Below, in pieces: positions 48,163-58,400 of a stretch of 64,000 bases of DNA. The position numbers and the translations under genes are program-made. The stretch's first letter is position 1; the number at the start of each line of letters is the position of its first letter. This DNA is from an uncultured bacterium (GTDB taxonomy: Bacteria; Fidelibacterota; Marinisomatia; Marinisomatales; UBA1611). The notes beneath the pieces are model-generated. The model saw only the letters and a program-made list of their open reading frames with translations. It did no database searches and was not told where the DNA came from. The DNA lies in NCBI GenBank assembly GCA_943788175.1, contig CALSPG010000003.1:32001-96000 (forward strand), read 5' to 3'.

Positions 48163-49132
48163 GTATTATAAAATATTAATTTTAGTTTTTTTAAGCTTTT
48201 TCGGTTTGTATTATGCTTTTGAGAGCATTGAGTTTTCTGAGCTGTATCACCGCATAATTTCTGTTGACCTTTTAAAATTAATATTAGCAATATCGATTCT
48301 TATGTTATCGGCCATTATTAGAGCGAAAAGATTAAAGTATATTATATTGCCATTAGATACTGATATATCTACGCATCATTTATTTGGAGCAACAATGATA
48401 GGTTATTTTGGTAATGGTATACTTTTTTTTCGATTAGGTGAATTGTTAAAAGCTTTTTCAATTTCTCAAGGCAATAATATTAAAACTGCAGAATCTTTTG
48501 GGGTTGTTATGTTAGAGAGGGTAATGGATGCGCTTACGGTTTTTATTTTAATAGTCTTTTTTCTGCCATTTATTCCTCTTGAAAATCAAACTATCCGATA
48601 CTGGGTTATTGCTTTTGTAGTAGTTACTATTGTTTTTGTAGGCTCTTTGTTTCTAATAAAGTTTATAAACTGGAAGCATATGATTTTATCATTTAGTATT
48701 CTGAATGAATCATTCAAAAATAAACTTATAACTGTCACAGAAAAAATTTTTAAAGGACTCGAATTAATTTTTAAGACCAAACATAATCTTAAAATCATGC
48801 TTTGTACTGTATTAATTTGGATATGCTATTTCATAATGACAATGTTGCTAATGGAGTCGTGCCATATTGAGTTAAGTTTAGATAAAGTTTTCATTATGCT
48901 TTTGATAGGTGCGATTATAGTAGCTGTTCCGGCTTTGCCTGGGGGGTTGGGCACTTATGAGGCTGGAATAACATATACAATGACATTGTTGTTTTTTGTT
49001 TCTAAAGATTTATCTTTGACTTATGCGATTGTTTCTCATGCATCTAATTACATACCTTACATGTTGGTAGGGTCATTCTATTTTTTCAAGAGTGGTCTAA
49101 AATTTGGATCAATTAATAAGGCTAATTTTTAG
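48155..49132 (+). CDS. Flippase-like membrane protein (lysylphosphatidylglycerol synthase TM / UPF0104)
   Basis: RA.R, IGY.GN....RLGE, ERVMD, PGGLGTYE; multiple TM helices. Confidence 0.85.
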   Translation: MAKYYKILILVFLSFFGLYYAFESIEFSELYHRIISVDLLKLILAISILMLSAIIRAKRLKYIILPLDTDISTHHLFGATMIGYFGNGILFFRLGELLKAFSISQGNNIKTAESFGVVMLERVMDALTVFILIVFFLPFIPLENQTIRYWVIAFVVVTIVFVGSLFLIKFINWKHMILSFSILNESFKNKLITVTEKIFKGLELIFKTKHNLKIMLCTVLIWICYFIMTMLLMESCHIELSLDKVFIMLLIGAIIVAVPALPGGLGTYEAGITYTMTLLFFVSKDLSLTYAIVSHASNYIPYMLVGSFYFFKSGLKFGSINKANF

Positions 49133-49134
49133 GA

Positions 49135-49680
49135 GTGAGTAAAAAATATGATTGTATTTTTCTTGATAGAGATGGCACTATAAACATAGACCCTGGATAT
49201 ATTTCTAAATTACAAGATTTTAAATTTTTTGACTTTGCTGTTACGGCTTTAGATATGTTAAAAACATTAACTAATAATTTTATCATTATTACAAATCAGT
49301 CAGGGGTTTCTAGGGGGTTGATTCTTGAAGCAGATTTAATAAAAATAAATGAGTATATTTTTGAAGAATTTTCAAAAAATAACCTCGGATTATTAGATAT
49401 TTATTATTGTATAGACCACCCAGATAACTCATCAGGAAGGAGAAAGCCAGGTGTCGAAATGTTTGTTGAAGCTTCAGATAAATATTGCCTTGACCTTTCC
49501 AGGTGTTTAATGATTGGTGACTCGAAAACGGATATATTGCCCGCAAAGATTTTGGGTATGGAATCAATGTTGGTTTTGTCAGGGAAGGGCGAAAAATATA
49601 AAAACAGTTTTCACGAAGAAGAAAAGCCTGATTACATTTTTAAAAATTTAATGTTTGGGGCGATTGAATTGATAAAATGA
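49135..49680 (+). CDS. gmhB: HAD IIIA phosphatase, D-glycero-D-manno-heptose 1,7-bisphosphate phosphatase-like
   Basis: FLDRDGT, TNQSG, RKP, MIGD. Confidence 0.85.
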   Translation: MSKKYDCIFLDRDGTINIDPGYISKLQDFKFFDFAVTALDMLKTLTNNFIIITNQSGVSRGLILEADLIKINEYIFEEFSKNNLGLLDIYYCIDHPDNSSGRRKPGVEMFVEASDKYCLDLSRCLMIGDSKTDILPAKILGMESMLVLSGKGEKYKNSFHEEEKPDYIFKNLMFGAIELIK

Positions 49681-50564
49681 AAGTTGCAGTTATAATGGGC
49701 GGCTCTAGTGCTGAAAAAGATGTCTCAATAAAAACAGGTGAAGCCGTTGTCAAAGCATGTTTAGCAAATGGTTTTGAGGTCTATCCTATAGTTTTTGATG
49801 ATAATTACAAGGATTCCTTCCAGTTGTTAAAAGGCGTTGACATAGTGTTTAATGGGTTGCATGGGACTTTTGGTGAGGATGGAGCAATCCAAAAATGGTT
49901 TGAGCAAAATAATATTTTATTTACAGGGTCGGATTCATTTTCTTCACAAATTTGCATGGATAAAATAAAAAGTAAAAAAATAGTTGGTGAAAATAATATT
50001 CGCACTCCTGACTGGATTGAAACCAAAAAGGATATGGTCGTCAATCCAGCTTTTTACCCTTGCATAGTCAAGCCAAATGCGCAAGGAAGTACTTTTGGTC
50101 TTTCATTTGTTAAAGAACCGGGTTTGTTGGAGAACGCAATAAATCATAGTCTTGCATTTGATTCAAATGTATTGATTGAGGAATATATTGGGGGTCGGGA
50201 GATTACGGTTGGAGTTTTAGACAATGAAGTATTGCCAATTGTAGAAATTCTCCCAAAGCATAAGCTCTATGATTATGAGTGCAAATACACGCCTGGAATG
50301 ACTAATTATAAATGCCCCATAGAGCTTGATAATAGTTTAAAAGAAAAAATTAATATTGATACAATCAAAATATTTGAATTGCTTGGTTGTCGAGGTTATG
50401 GAAGAGTCGATTATATAATCGACAATAATAATAATCATTATTTTTTAGAGATAAATACTCTCCCTGGAATGACATCTACTAGCTTGCTTCCGATAGCTGC
50501 AGAAAGCTCAGGCATATCATTTGACGATTTAATAAAAAAGATTATATACTTAGGTCTAAAGTAG
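49677..50564 (+). CDS. ddl: D-alanine-D-alanine ligase
   Basis: GG.SAE..VS, LHG.FGEDG, KP..QGS, YDY..KY, EINTLPGMT..S. Confidence 0.95.
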   Translation: MKVAVIMGGSSAEKDVSIKTGEAVVKACLANGFEVYPIVFDDNYKDSFQLLKGVDIVFNGLHGTFGEDGAIQKWFEQNNILFTGSDSFSSQICMDKIKSKKIVGENNIRTPDWIETKKDMVVNPAFYPCIVKPNAQGSTFGLSFVKEPGLLENAINHSLAFDSNVLIEEYIGGREITVGVLDNEVLPIVEILPKHKLYDYECKYTPGMTNYKCPIELDNSLKEKINIDTIKIFELLGCRGYGRVDYIIDNNNNHYFLEINTLPGMTSTSLLPIAAESSGISFDDLIKKIIYLGLK

Positions 50565-50600
50565 TGATAATATGAGGTTGAAAATTTTTGACAAAAATAA

Positions 50601-50640
50601 TTGTAAATAGTAAATACTTATCTGTAAGTTATGAGGCTGT
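50601..50640 (+). promoter_or_regulatory. Putative promoter of the tRNA-tuf operon
   Basis: TTGTAA-18 nt-TAAGTT-ATGAGGCTGT; same layout as upstream of rpsL. Confidence 0.55.
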
Positions 50641-50729
50641 AGGTCTATTTTAATAATAAAATTGTACCGTTTATGTCTTTAAACATAAGAATCAGTGTAG
50701 CTAATTGATAATTATCAAAGAATTGAATT

Positions 50730-50802
50730 GCCACCGTAGCTCAGCTGGTAGAGCAACTGATTTGTAATCAGTCGGTCGGAGGTTCGAGTCCTCTCGGTGG
50801 CT
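50730..50802 (+). tRNA. tRNA-Thr(TGT)
   Basis: Acceptor gccaccg/cggtggc, anticodon arm actga-tttgtaa-tcagt, ggttcga; CCA not encoded. Confidence 0.96.
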
Positions 50803-50853
50803 CGTAAGTTTGCGTTTTTTTACGGTTTGAATAATGCATGAGTTAAGTTTATC

Positions 50854-50936
50854 GGGGATATGCCCGAGCGGCCAAAGGGAGCAGACTGTAAATCTGCCGG
50901 CGTATGCCTTCGGAGGTTCGAATCCTTCTGTCCCCA
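50854..50936 (+). tRNA. tRNA-Tyr(GTA)
   Basis: ggggata/tgtcccc, gcaga-ctgtaaa-tctgc, long variable arm. Confidence 0.96.
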
Positions 50937-50940
50937 CTTT

Positions 50941-51011
50941 GCGAGTGTAGTTCAATGGTAGAACCCCAGCCTTCCAAGCTGGTGATGTGGGTTCGATCCC
51001 CATCACTCGCT
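50941..51011 (+). tRNA. tRNA-Gly(TCC)
   Basis: gcgagtg/cactcgc, ccagc-cttccaa-gctgg. Confidence 0.96.
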
Positions 51012-51017
51012 CTTTCC

Positions 51018-51089
<72 letters not shown>

Positions 51090-51142
51090 CTATGATTCTT
51101 TGGTTTAGTGTTTGATTTTTTTAAATAAGGAGTAAAGTAACA

Positions 51143-52333
51143 ATGTCAAAAGCAAAATTTGAAAGAACAAAACCCCATGTAAATATTGGGACTATTGGTC
51201 ACGTTGATCATGGTAAAACAACGCTTACTGCTGCTATTACAATGCACCAAGGCGCTCATGGTTTAGCCGAGGTTCGTTCTTTTGATAGTATTGATAATGC
51301 TCCTGAAGAAAGAGAGCGTGGTATTACGATTCAGACTGCTCATGTAGAATATGAGACTGAGAACCGTCACTATGCTCATGTTGATTGTCCTGGTCACGCT
51401 GATTATATTAAAAATATGATTACCGGCGCAGCGCAAATGGATGGTGGTATTTTAGTTGTATCTGCTGCTGATGGTCCAATGCCTCAGACTAGAGAGCACG
51501 TTTTATTAGCGAGGCAGGTAAATGTTCCAAGTCTTGTTGTATTTATGAATAAGGTTGATCAAGTAGATGACCCTGAGCTTTTAGAACTTGTTGAGATGGA
51601 ATTGCGTGATCTTCTTAATGAGTACGAATTTCCTGGCGATGACACTCCTATTATTATGGGTAGTGCGCTCAATGCCTTGAACGATTCAAATGATGAAGTT
51701 GCTAACAAGTGTATTGTTGACTTGATGGACGCTTGTGATAACTTTATTCCTGAGCCAAAAAGAGACATTGACAAACCTTTTCTTATGCCTGTTGAGGATG
51801 TTTTTAGTATTACTGGTCGTGGTACTGTCGGTACTGGTCGCATTGAAAGAGGAATCATTAAAGTTGGTGATGAGATAGAAGTCGTCGGTATGGGTACTCT
51901 AACGAAGACAACTGTTACAGGTGTTGAAATGTTTCGTAAGTTATTAGATCAAGGTCAGGCTGGAGATAACGCCGGGCTCTTACTGCGCGGTATTGATAAA
52001 GAAGATTTAAGTAGGGGGCAAGTATTGGCCCTGCCTGGCAGTATTACTCCACACACGAAGTTTAAAGCGAGTGTTTACATTTTGAAAAAAGAAGAGGGTG
52101 GTCGTCATACTCCGTTTTTTAATGGTTACAGACCGCAGTTCTATTTTAGGACAACAGATGTAACGGGAGTGGTTACATTGCCAGAAGGTACTGAAATGGT
52201 TATGCCTGGTGACAATGTAGAATTTGAAGTTTCATTAATTACATCAGTAGCGATGGATAAAGAACTTAGGTTTGCCATTCGTGAAGGTGGGCATACTGTT
52301 GGTGCAGGTGTCGTAACAGAGATTGTTGAGTAG
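51143..52333 (+). CDS. tuf: Elongation factor Tu
   Basis: [29 protein letters not shown]. Confidence 0.99.
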   Translation: MSKAKFERTKPHVNIGTIGHVDHGKTTLTAAITMHQGAHGLAEVRSFDSIDNAPEERERGITIQTAHVEYETENRHYAHVDCPGHADYIKNMITGAAQMDGGILVVSAADGPMPQTREHVLLARQVNVPSLVVFMNKVDQVDDPELLELVEMELRDLLNEYEFPGDDTPIIMGSALNALNDSNDEVANKCIVDLMDACDNFIPEPKRDIDKPFLMPVEDVFSITGRGTVGTGRIERGIIKVGDEIEVVGMGTLTKTTVTGVEMFRKLLDQGQAGDNAGLLLRGIDKEDLSRGQVLALPGSITPHTKFKASVYILKKEEGGRHTPFFNGYRPQFYFRTTDVTGVVTLPEGTEMVMPGDNVEFEVSLITSVAMDKELRFAIREGGHTVGAGVVTEIVE

Positions 52334-52341
52334 GGTATAAT

Positions 52342-52506
52342 ATGGCTGGTAATAGTAAAAGAAATATAATTCAGTTAGAAAGTACTGCGGGAACAGGATT
52401 TCGATATACTGTGACCAAAAGTAGAAAGCTACACCCTGAGCGTATTGAGTTTAAAAAATATGATCCAGTCATTCGTAAGCATGTGATCTTTAAAGAGACT
52501 AAATAG
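52342..52506 (+). CDS. rpmG: 50S ribosomal protein L33, Cys-free type (not in ORF track)
   Basis: Manual translation [54 protein letters not shown]. Confidence 0.95.
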   Translation: MAGNSKRNIIQLESTAGTGFRYTVTKSRKLHPERIEFKKYDPVIRKHVIFKETK

Positions 52507-52537
52507 GTAGTTAGGGGTGATTTTATAGATATTGCAT

Positions 52538-52610
52538 AGGAGAGTAGCTCAACTGGTAGAGCACCGGTCTCCAACACCGGGGGTTGCGGGTTCGAGCCCT
52601 GCCTCTCCTG
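52538..52610 (+). tRNA. tRNA-Trp(CCA)
   Basis: aggagag/ctctcct, ccggt-ctccaac-accgg; usual position before secE. Confidence 0.95.
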
Positions 52611-52644
52611 CATAAAATTAATCTAAAAATTTAAATAATATAAA

Positions 52645-52827
52645 ATGATAAAAAAAGTTCAGCAGTTTGGGGTAGATGTTAAGTTTGAGATGAGTAAAGT
52701 TTCATGGCCTGATTGGGATAGTTTAAAAGGGTCTACTTATGTGGTTCTGATTTTGTCTTTAATTTTAACAATTTTTTTATTTATTGTGGATTTGTTTCTT
52801 TCTAAATCTATTTCAACAATTATGTAA
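52645..52827 (+). CDS. secE: Preprotein translocase subunit SecE
   Basis: EMSKVSWP, single TM helix, before nusG. Confidence 0.94.
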   Translation: MIKKVQQFGVDVKFEMSKVSWPDWDSLKGSTYVVLILSLILTIFLFIVDLFLSKSISTIM

Positions 52828-52831
52828 TTTT

Positions 52832-53365
52832 ATGAATTGGTATACACTAAGAGTTATTTCAGGAAAAGAAAAAAAGATAAGAGAAAGTATTCTCTTTGAT
52901 GTAGAAACAGCAAATTTACAAGATCATATTGAAAATATTTTAGTTCCGACTGAGAATGTTTTGGAAATGCGTGATGGTAAAAAAAAGATTAAAGAGAAGG
53001 TCTTTTTCCCTGGTTATTTACTGATCCATATTGAAATGAATAAAGAAACAAAATATGTTGTAGAGAACGTTAATGGTGTGATTAGTTTTGTTGGTTCTAG
53101 TGGTAAGCCAGAAGCTTTGAAGCCCGATGAAGTGAAAAGATTTCTAGGTGATCATGATGGTGCGGACGGGCCAATTGTGGTTACAGAGGCGGCTCCATTC
53201 AAGGTAGGCGATTCAGTCAATGTAAAGGATGGTCCTTTTGTAGATTTTTCTGGTGTCGTTCAAGAGGTTAGTCATGAGAAGCAAAAGTTAAAAGTTTCGG
53301 TAAGTATTTTTGGGCGTTCAACTCCAGTTGAGTTAGATTATCTGCAAGTCGCACTTGACAATTAA
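52832..53365 (+). CDS. nusG: Transcription factor NusG (ATG 52832)
   Basis: WY.L...SG.EKK, FPGY, KOW GPF.DF.G, IFGRSTPVEL. Confidence 0.96.
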   Translation: MNWYTLRVISGKEKKIRESILFDVETANLQDHIENILVPTENVLEMRDGKKKIKEKVFFPGYLLIHIEMNKETKYVVENVNGVISFVGSSGKPEALKPDEVKRFLGDHDGADGPIVVTEAAPFKVGDSVNVKDGPFVDFSGVVQEVSHEKQKLKVSVSIFGRSTPVELDYLQVALDN

Positions 53366-53380
53366 ATAAGGGTTTTATTG

Positions 53381-53806
53381 ATGGCGAAGAAAATTATAGG
53401 TTTTATTAAGTTGCAAATTCCTGCGGGTCAAGCGAATCCTGCTCCCCCTGTTGGGCCTGCGCTTGGTCAGCAAGGTGTTAATATCATGGATTTTTGCAAG
53501 TCATTTAATGCTAAGACTCAAGATAAGGCCGGTGATGTAATTCCTGTTGAAATTACTGTTTATGCTGATAGGAGTTTTACGTTTGTGACAAAAACTCCCC
53601 CCGCTTCAAGACTGATTTTAAAATCGGCTAAGTTAAGTAAAGGTTCTAGTGAGCCTAATAAAGAAAAAGTCGGGGCTATAAGTGAGTCTGAATTAGAAAA
53701 AATTGCCGGAGTTAAAATGGCTGATTTAAATGCTAATTCTGTTGAACAAGCCAAAGAAATGATAAGAGGGACTGCTAAGTCTATGGGTATTGAGGTGAAA
53801 GGTTAA
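53381..53806 (+). CDS. rplK: 50S ribosomal protein L11
   Basis: [27 protein letters not shown]. Confidence 0.98.
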   Translation: MAKKIIGFIKLQIPAGQANPAPPVGPALGQQGVNIMDFCKSFNAKTQDKAGDVIPVEITVYADRSFTFVTKTPPASRLILKSAKLSKGSSEPNKEKVGAISESELEKIAGVKMADLNANSVEQAKEMIRGTAKSMGIEVKG

Positions 53807-53811
53807 ATAAG

Positions 53812-54498
53812 ATGGCTAAAATCAAACAAAAATCAATTGATGAATTTTATGATAAAGAAGTTGTTTACGATTTAAGTGATGCCGTTGAGATTGTGAAAAA
53901 AGTATCTTCTGTCAAATTTGATGAGACAATTGATTTGGCGATAAATCTAAATGTTGATCCGCGTCATGCTGAAGAGAATATTAGAATTAGCACATCTCTT
54001 CCTAATGGCACTGGTAAAAAAGTTGTCTTGTTGGTTCTTGCTCAAGGGCCGAAGGTCCAAGAAGCCTTAGACGCTGGTGCTGATTATTGTGGCAATAAAG
54101 ACTATTTAGATAAAATTAAAGCTGGATGGGTTGATGTTGATAAGATTATAGCAACACCTGATATGATGGCTGAACTTGGTAAGCTTGGTAAAATTTTAGG
54201 TCCAAAAGGTTTGATGCCTAATCCAAAAAGTGGTACAGTTACTATGGATGTTGCCAAGGCTGTTTCTGACCAAAAAGCTGGTATGGTTGAGCTTCGTGTT
54301 GAAAAAACAGGTATCGTTCATACTGTTTGCGGAAAAGTTTCATTTGACAGTTCGGCTCTAGTTGAGAATATTTCTGTAATTTATAATTCTTTACTAAAGT
54401 CGAGGCCTCCATCGGTAAAGGGTCAATATTTTGTGAAGATGTCTATGTCTTCGACCATGGGTCCTAGTGTAAAAATAAATATTAATTCTATAGGGTAA
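53812..54498 (+). CDS. rplA: 50S ribosomal protein L1
   Basis: [30 protein letters not shown]. Confidence 0.98.
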   Translation: MAKIKQKSIDEFYDKEVVYDLSDAVEIVKKVSSVKFDETIDLAINLNVDPRHAEENIRISTSLPNGTGKKVVLLVLAQGPKVQEALDAGADYCGNKDYLDKIKAGWVDVDKIIATPDMMAELGKLGKILGPKGLMPNPKSGTVTMDVAKAVSDQKAGMVELRVEKTGIVHTVCGKVSFDSSALVENISVIYNSLLKSRPPSVKGQYFVKMSMSSTMGPSVKININSIG

Positions 54499-54505
54499 AT
54501 AAACT

Positions 54506-55030
54506 ATGCCTAATCAAAAAAATATTAAAAATCTTGAGCAGTTAACAGATAAGTTGTCCAAGGCAAAATCTATTTATTTTACAGATTATTTAGGCTTAAA
54601 TGTTTCTGACGTTACTGCACTTAGGAAAAAGTTTTTTGAAAAAAATGTTGAATACTTAGTGGTTAAAAATACATTGTTGAAAATTGCTTCGCAAAAAAAT
54701 GATATTAACCTTTCCAGTGATTTGTTTGTTGGATCGACTGCTATTGCGTTGTCATATGATGAGCCTGTTGCAGCTGCAAAGGTAATTAAGGGTTTTCTTA
54801 AGGAGCATGATTTACCAACTGTTAAAGGTCTGGTTTTTGAAGGCGCCTATCATGAAGCTAATCAGTTTGAAAAAATTGCAAATTTACCTAGTAAAGAAGA
54901 GTCTCTTGCGATTCTTGCGATTATGTTAAATAGTCCAATGCAAAATCTTGTGAATGTTCTCAATTCATCAATGGTGAAAGTCGTTAATGTTCTTGAAGCT
55001 GTTAAGAATAATAAAAATATTGAAAATTAA
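54506..55030 (+). CDS. rplJ: 50S ribosomal protein L10
   Basis: DY.GLNV...T.LR, VVKNTL, LPSKEE. Confidence 0.96.
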   Translation: MPNQKNIKNLEQLTDKLSKAKSIYFTDYLGLNVSDVTALRKKFFEKNVEYLVVKNTLLKIASQKNDINLSSDLFVGSTAIALSYDEPVAAAKVIKGFLKEHDLPTVKGLVFEGAYHEANQFEKIANLPSKEESLAILAIMLNSPMQNLVNVLNSSMVKVVNVLEAVKNNKNIEN

Positions 55031-55047
55031 AATAAGGAGTTAATAAA

Positions 55048-55422
55048 ATGGCTGTAAAAAAAGAAGATGTATTAGCATATCTAGAAAATGCGAATATGAT
55101 GGAAGTTTCTGAGCTAATATCTGAAATCGAAGAGAAATTTGGTGTCTCTGCTGCTGCCCCTGTTGCTGTAGCTGCTGCCCCTGCTGGTGATGCTGGCGGT
55201 GATGTTGCGCAAACTGAGTTTGATGTAGTTTTGAAGGCTGCTGGTCAGCAAAAGATAAACGTTATTAAAGCTGTTAGGGCAATTACTGATCTAGGTTTAA
55301 AGGAAGCTAAAGAGTTAGTTGATTCAGCTCCAAAGGCTATTAAAGAGGGTGTCTCTGAATCTGAAGCAAATGAAATCAAGACCCAGCTTGAAGATGCTGG
55401 TGCAGAGGTTGAATTAAAATAA
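55048..55422 (+). CDS. rplL: 50S ribosomal protein L7/L12
   Basis: [31 protein letters not shown]. Confidence 0.98.
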   Translation: MAVKKEDVLAYLENANMMEVSELISEIEEKFGVSAAAPVAVAAAPAGDAGGDVAQTEFDVVLKAAGQQKINVIKAVRAITDLGLKEAKELVDSAPKAIKEGVSESEANEIKTQLEDAGAEVELK

Positions 55423-55466
55423 TTTTTTATTTAGCTTTTTTATTAAACATTACATCGGAGGATTAA

Positions 55467-58400
55467 TTGGAATCTTTTAACGTTTCAAAAAACAATAGGG
55501 TTACTTTTACCCATATACAAGAACTATTAGAAATACCTGATTTGCTATCTATTCAAACAAAAGCATATCAGCAATTTTTGCAAGAATATGAAGCTCCTGA
55601 AGCTAGAAAAGATTTAGGTCTGCAAGCAGTCTTGAATAGCGTCTTTCCGATTGAAGATTCTCATAGAAATTATATCCTTGAGTTTAATGCTTACTATTTA
55701 GGACAGCCCAAATATACCGGTGATGAATGCATTGATAGGGGTGTGACCTTTTCAGTGCCGCTTCGTGTTAAACTTTCTCTTCACATTACAGACGAAAGCA
55801 ATAAAAATGAGTATGCTCAGAGCATTGAGCAGGATGTTTATTTTGGAAATATACCTTATATGACTGAAAAAGGCACATTTATTATTAATGGTGCCGAAAG
55901 AGTTATTGTTTCTCAATTGCAGCGTTCTCCAGGTGTCTTCTTTGATGAGTCGACCCACCCGAATGGAACTAAATTATTTCAAGCTAGAATTATTCCAGCT
56001 AGGGGTTCGTGGGTTGATTTTACTACTGACATAAATGATTGTCTCTTCGTCATTATTGATCGGAGGAGAAAGTTCCCAGTTACGATGTTACTTCGCGCTC
56101 TTGGTTATTCTTCAAATAGCGATATATGTAAAGCTTTTGGTAATTTAATAACTAAGAAAGTAAAGGGTAAAGGTCTTGAAAAATATATTGGTGCTACTAT
56201 AACTGAGGATGTAATTGATACAAAAACTGGTGAGATATTTTTTGAAAGTGGTACGGAATTATCTGGCGATATAATAGAAAAACTCAAAGAAAATGGTGTT
56301 GATGAAATTAATCTTGTTGATGGTAATAAAGATTTTTCATCTATGTTGCTATTAAATACTATTAGCAAAGACCCTACCCGCGATACTGAAGGTGCACTTC
56401 AAGTTGTTTATCAATTGTTGCGAACTAGTGAGCCGCCTAATCTTGAGACAGCTCAAAAGTTTATTGAACGTATCTTTTTCAGTCCTAAAAAATATGATTT
56501 AGGTCAGGTTGGGAGATATCGTTTAAATCAACAATTTAATCTTGATGTTCCTGTTGAAGAAACTGTCCTTACCATGGAAGACATTATTCAGGTTCTTGTC
56601 ACTCTAATAGATATGAGAAGAGGTGATAGAGGTGTTGATGATATTGATCACTTGGGTAATAGAAGAGTTAAGACTATTGGTGAACAATTAACTAATCAAT
56701 TTAGTATTGCTTTGAGTAGAATGATAAGAACGATTCATGAACGTATGAATCTCAGAGAATCTGAGAGTATTACGCCTCAAGATTTAATCAATTCTAGAGT
56801 TGTGACTACTGTTATTAATACTTTCTTCGGTACTTCTCAGTTATCCCAGTTTGGTGATCAAACAAATCCGCTTGCTGAAATTACTCACAAACGAAGAATA
56901 TCTGCGTTGGGTCCTGGTGGTTTAACCAGGGAAAGAGCTGGTTTTGAAGTTAGGGATGTTCATTATACTCATTATGGGCGATTGTGTCCAATTGAAACTC
57001 CTGAAGGTCCAAATATTGGTTTAATATCTTCTCTTGCTATGTTCGCTGAAGTCAACAATCACGGTTTTATTGAATCTCCTTACAGGGAGGTTGTAAAGTC
57101 TAAAGGGAAGTCGAGAGTTACTGATAATATCAAATACTTATCTGCAGATGACGAAGATCGTGTTATGGTAGCGCAAGCCAGTACAGAGTTGGATTCTGAA
57201 AAAAACATTACTGAAAAAAACATAAGAACTCGTGTTAAAGGTGATTTTCCAATAGTTGGCCCTGAGAGTGTAGATTATGTAGAGGTTTCCCCAACTCAGA
57301 TTTTAAGTGTTGCTGCAGCCTTGATTCCTTTTCTAGATCATGATGATGCTAACAGAGCCCTGATGGGTTCTAATATGCAACGACAAGCTGTTCCTTTAAT
57401 GTATCCTCAGTCACCAATTGTTGGTACTGGAATGGAAAGTCGTGTCGCTAAAGATTCAAGGTCATGTGTTGTTTCTCCTGTTTCTGGGCGTGTTGTTTAT
57501 GTTGATGCAGAAACAATTCATATAAAAAGGAAAGATGTTCAAGATAGTCTAACTCTTTTTGAAGGTGAAGCTATTCATGAGATAAAATTAAAAAAATATT
57601 TCAGAACAAATCAAAATACAGTTCATAATCAACGACCTCTCGTTACCGAAGGTCAGAAAATTGAAGCTGGAGATGTTGTTGCTGATGGTGCGGCTACAGA
57701 AATGGGTGAGTTGGCTCTTGGTTCAAATGTCCATGTTGCTTATATGGCATGGCGTGGCTATAATTTTGAAGATGCTATCGTTGTAAGCGAGCGTCTAGTC
57801 AAAGATGATACTTTTAGTTCTGTTCACTGTAATGAGATTGAAGTTGAGGTTAGGGATACCAAGCGAGGTCAAGAAGAGCTTACACCTGAAATTCCAAATG
57901 TAAGTGAAGATGCTACGAAGGATTTAGATGAGGAAGGTATTGTTCGAGAAGGTGCGCGTGTAAAAGAAGGTGACATTCTTATTGGTAAGGTTACCCCTAA
58001 GGGTGAGTCAGACCCAACTCCTGAAGAAAAATTGCTTCGAGCTATTTTTGGTGAAAAAGCTGGTGAGGTAAAAGATGCATCTAAGAGGGCTGAACCAGGT
58101 ATTAAAGGTTGCGTGATTCGAACAAAATTATTTGAAAAACAGGCGAAGAGAACAAAAGCAGAAGAGAGAGAGCAGATTCGAGAATATCAGAGGAAAGCGT
58201 CCGAAGATAAGAAAAATTTAAAAATTTCCCGAGATGAAAAGTTATTAGCTTTAATGTTGGATCAAGTTTCTAATGGAATTCGTAGTGTTTCTAGTAATAG
58301 GACGCTAATTAAAAAGTCTACAAAGCTTACTTCAAAAAGATTGTCAGGTTTTGATTTAGAGAGATTCGCTCAAGATGTAGCTTGGGTTGAGGATACAAGG

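Noticed and set aside
50588-50616. TTGACA at 50588 as the -35 of the tRNA operon
   Set aside because: No good -10 at a 16-18 nt spacing; the TTGTAA/TAAGTT pair matches the rpsL motif better
52371-52613. 80-aa minus-strand ORF
   Set aside because: Antisense to rpmG and tRNA-Trp
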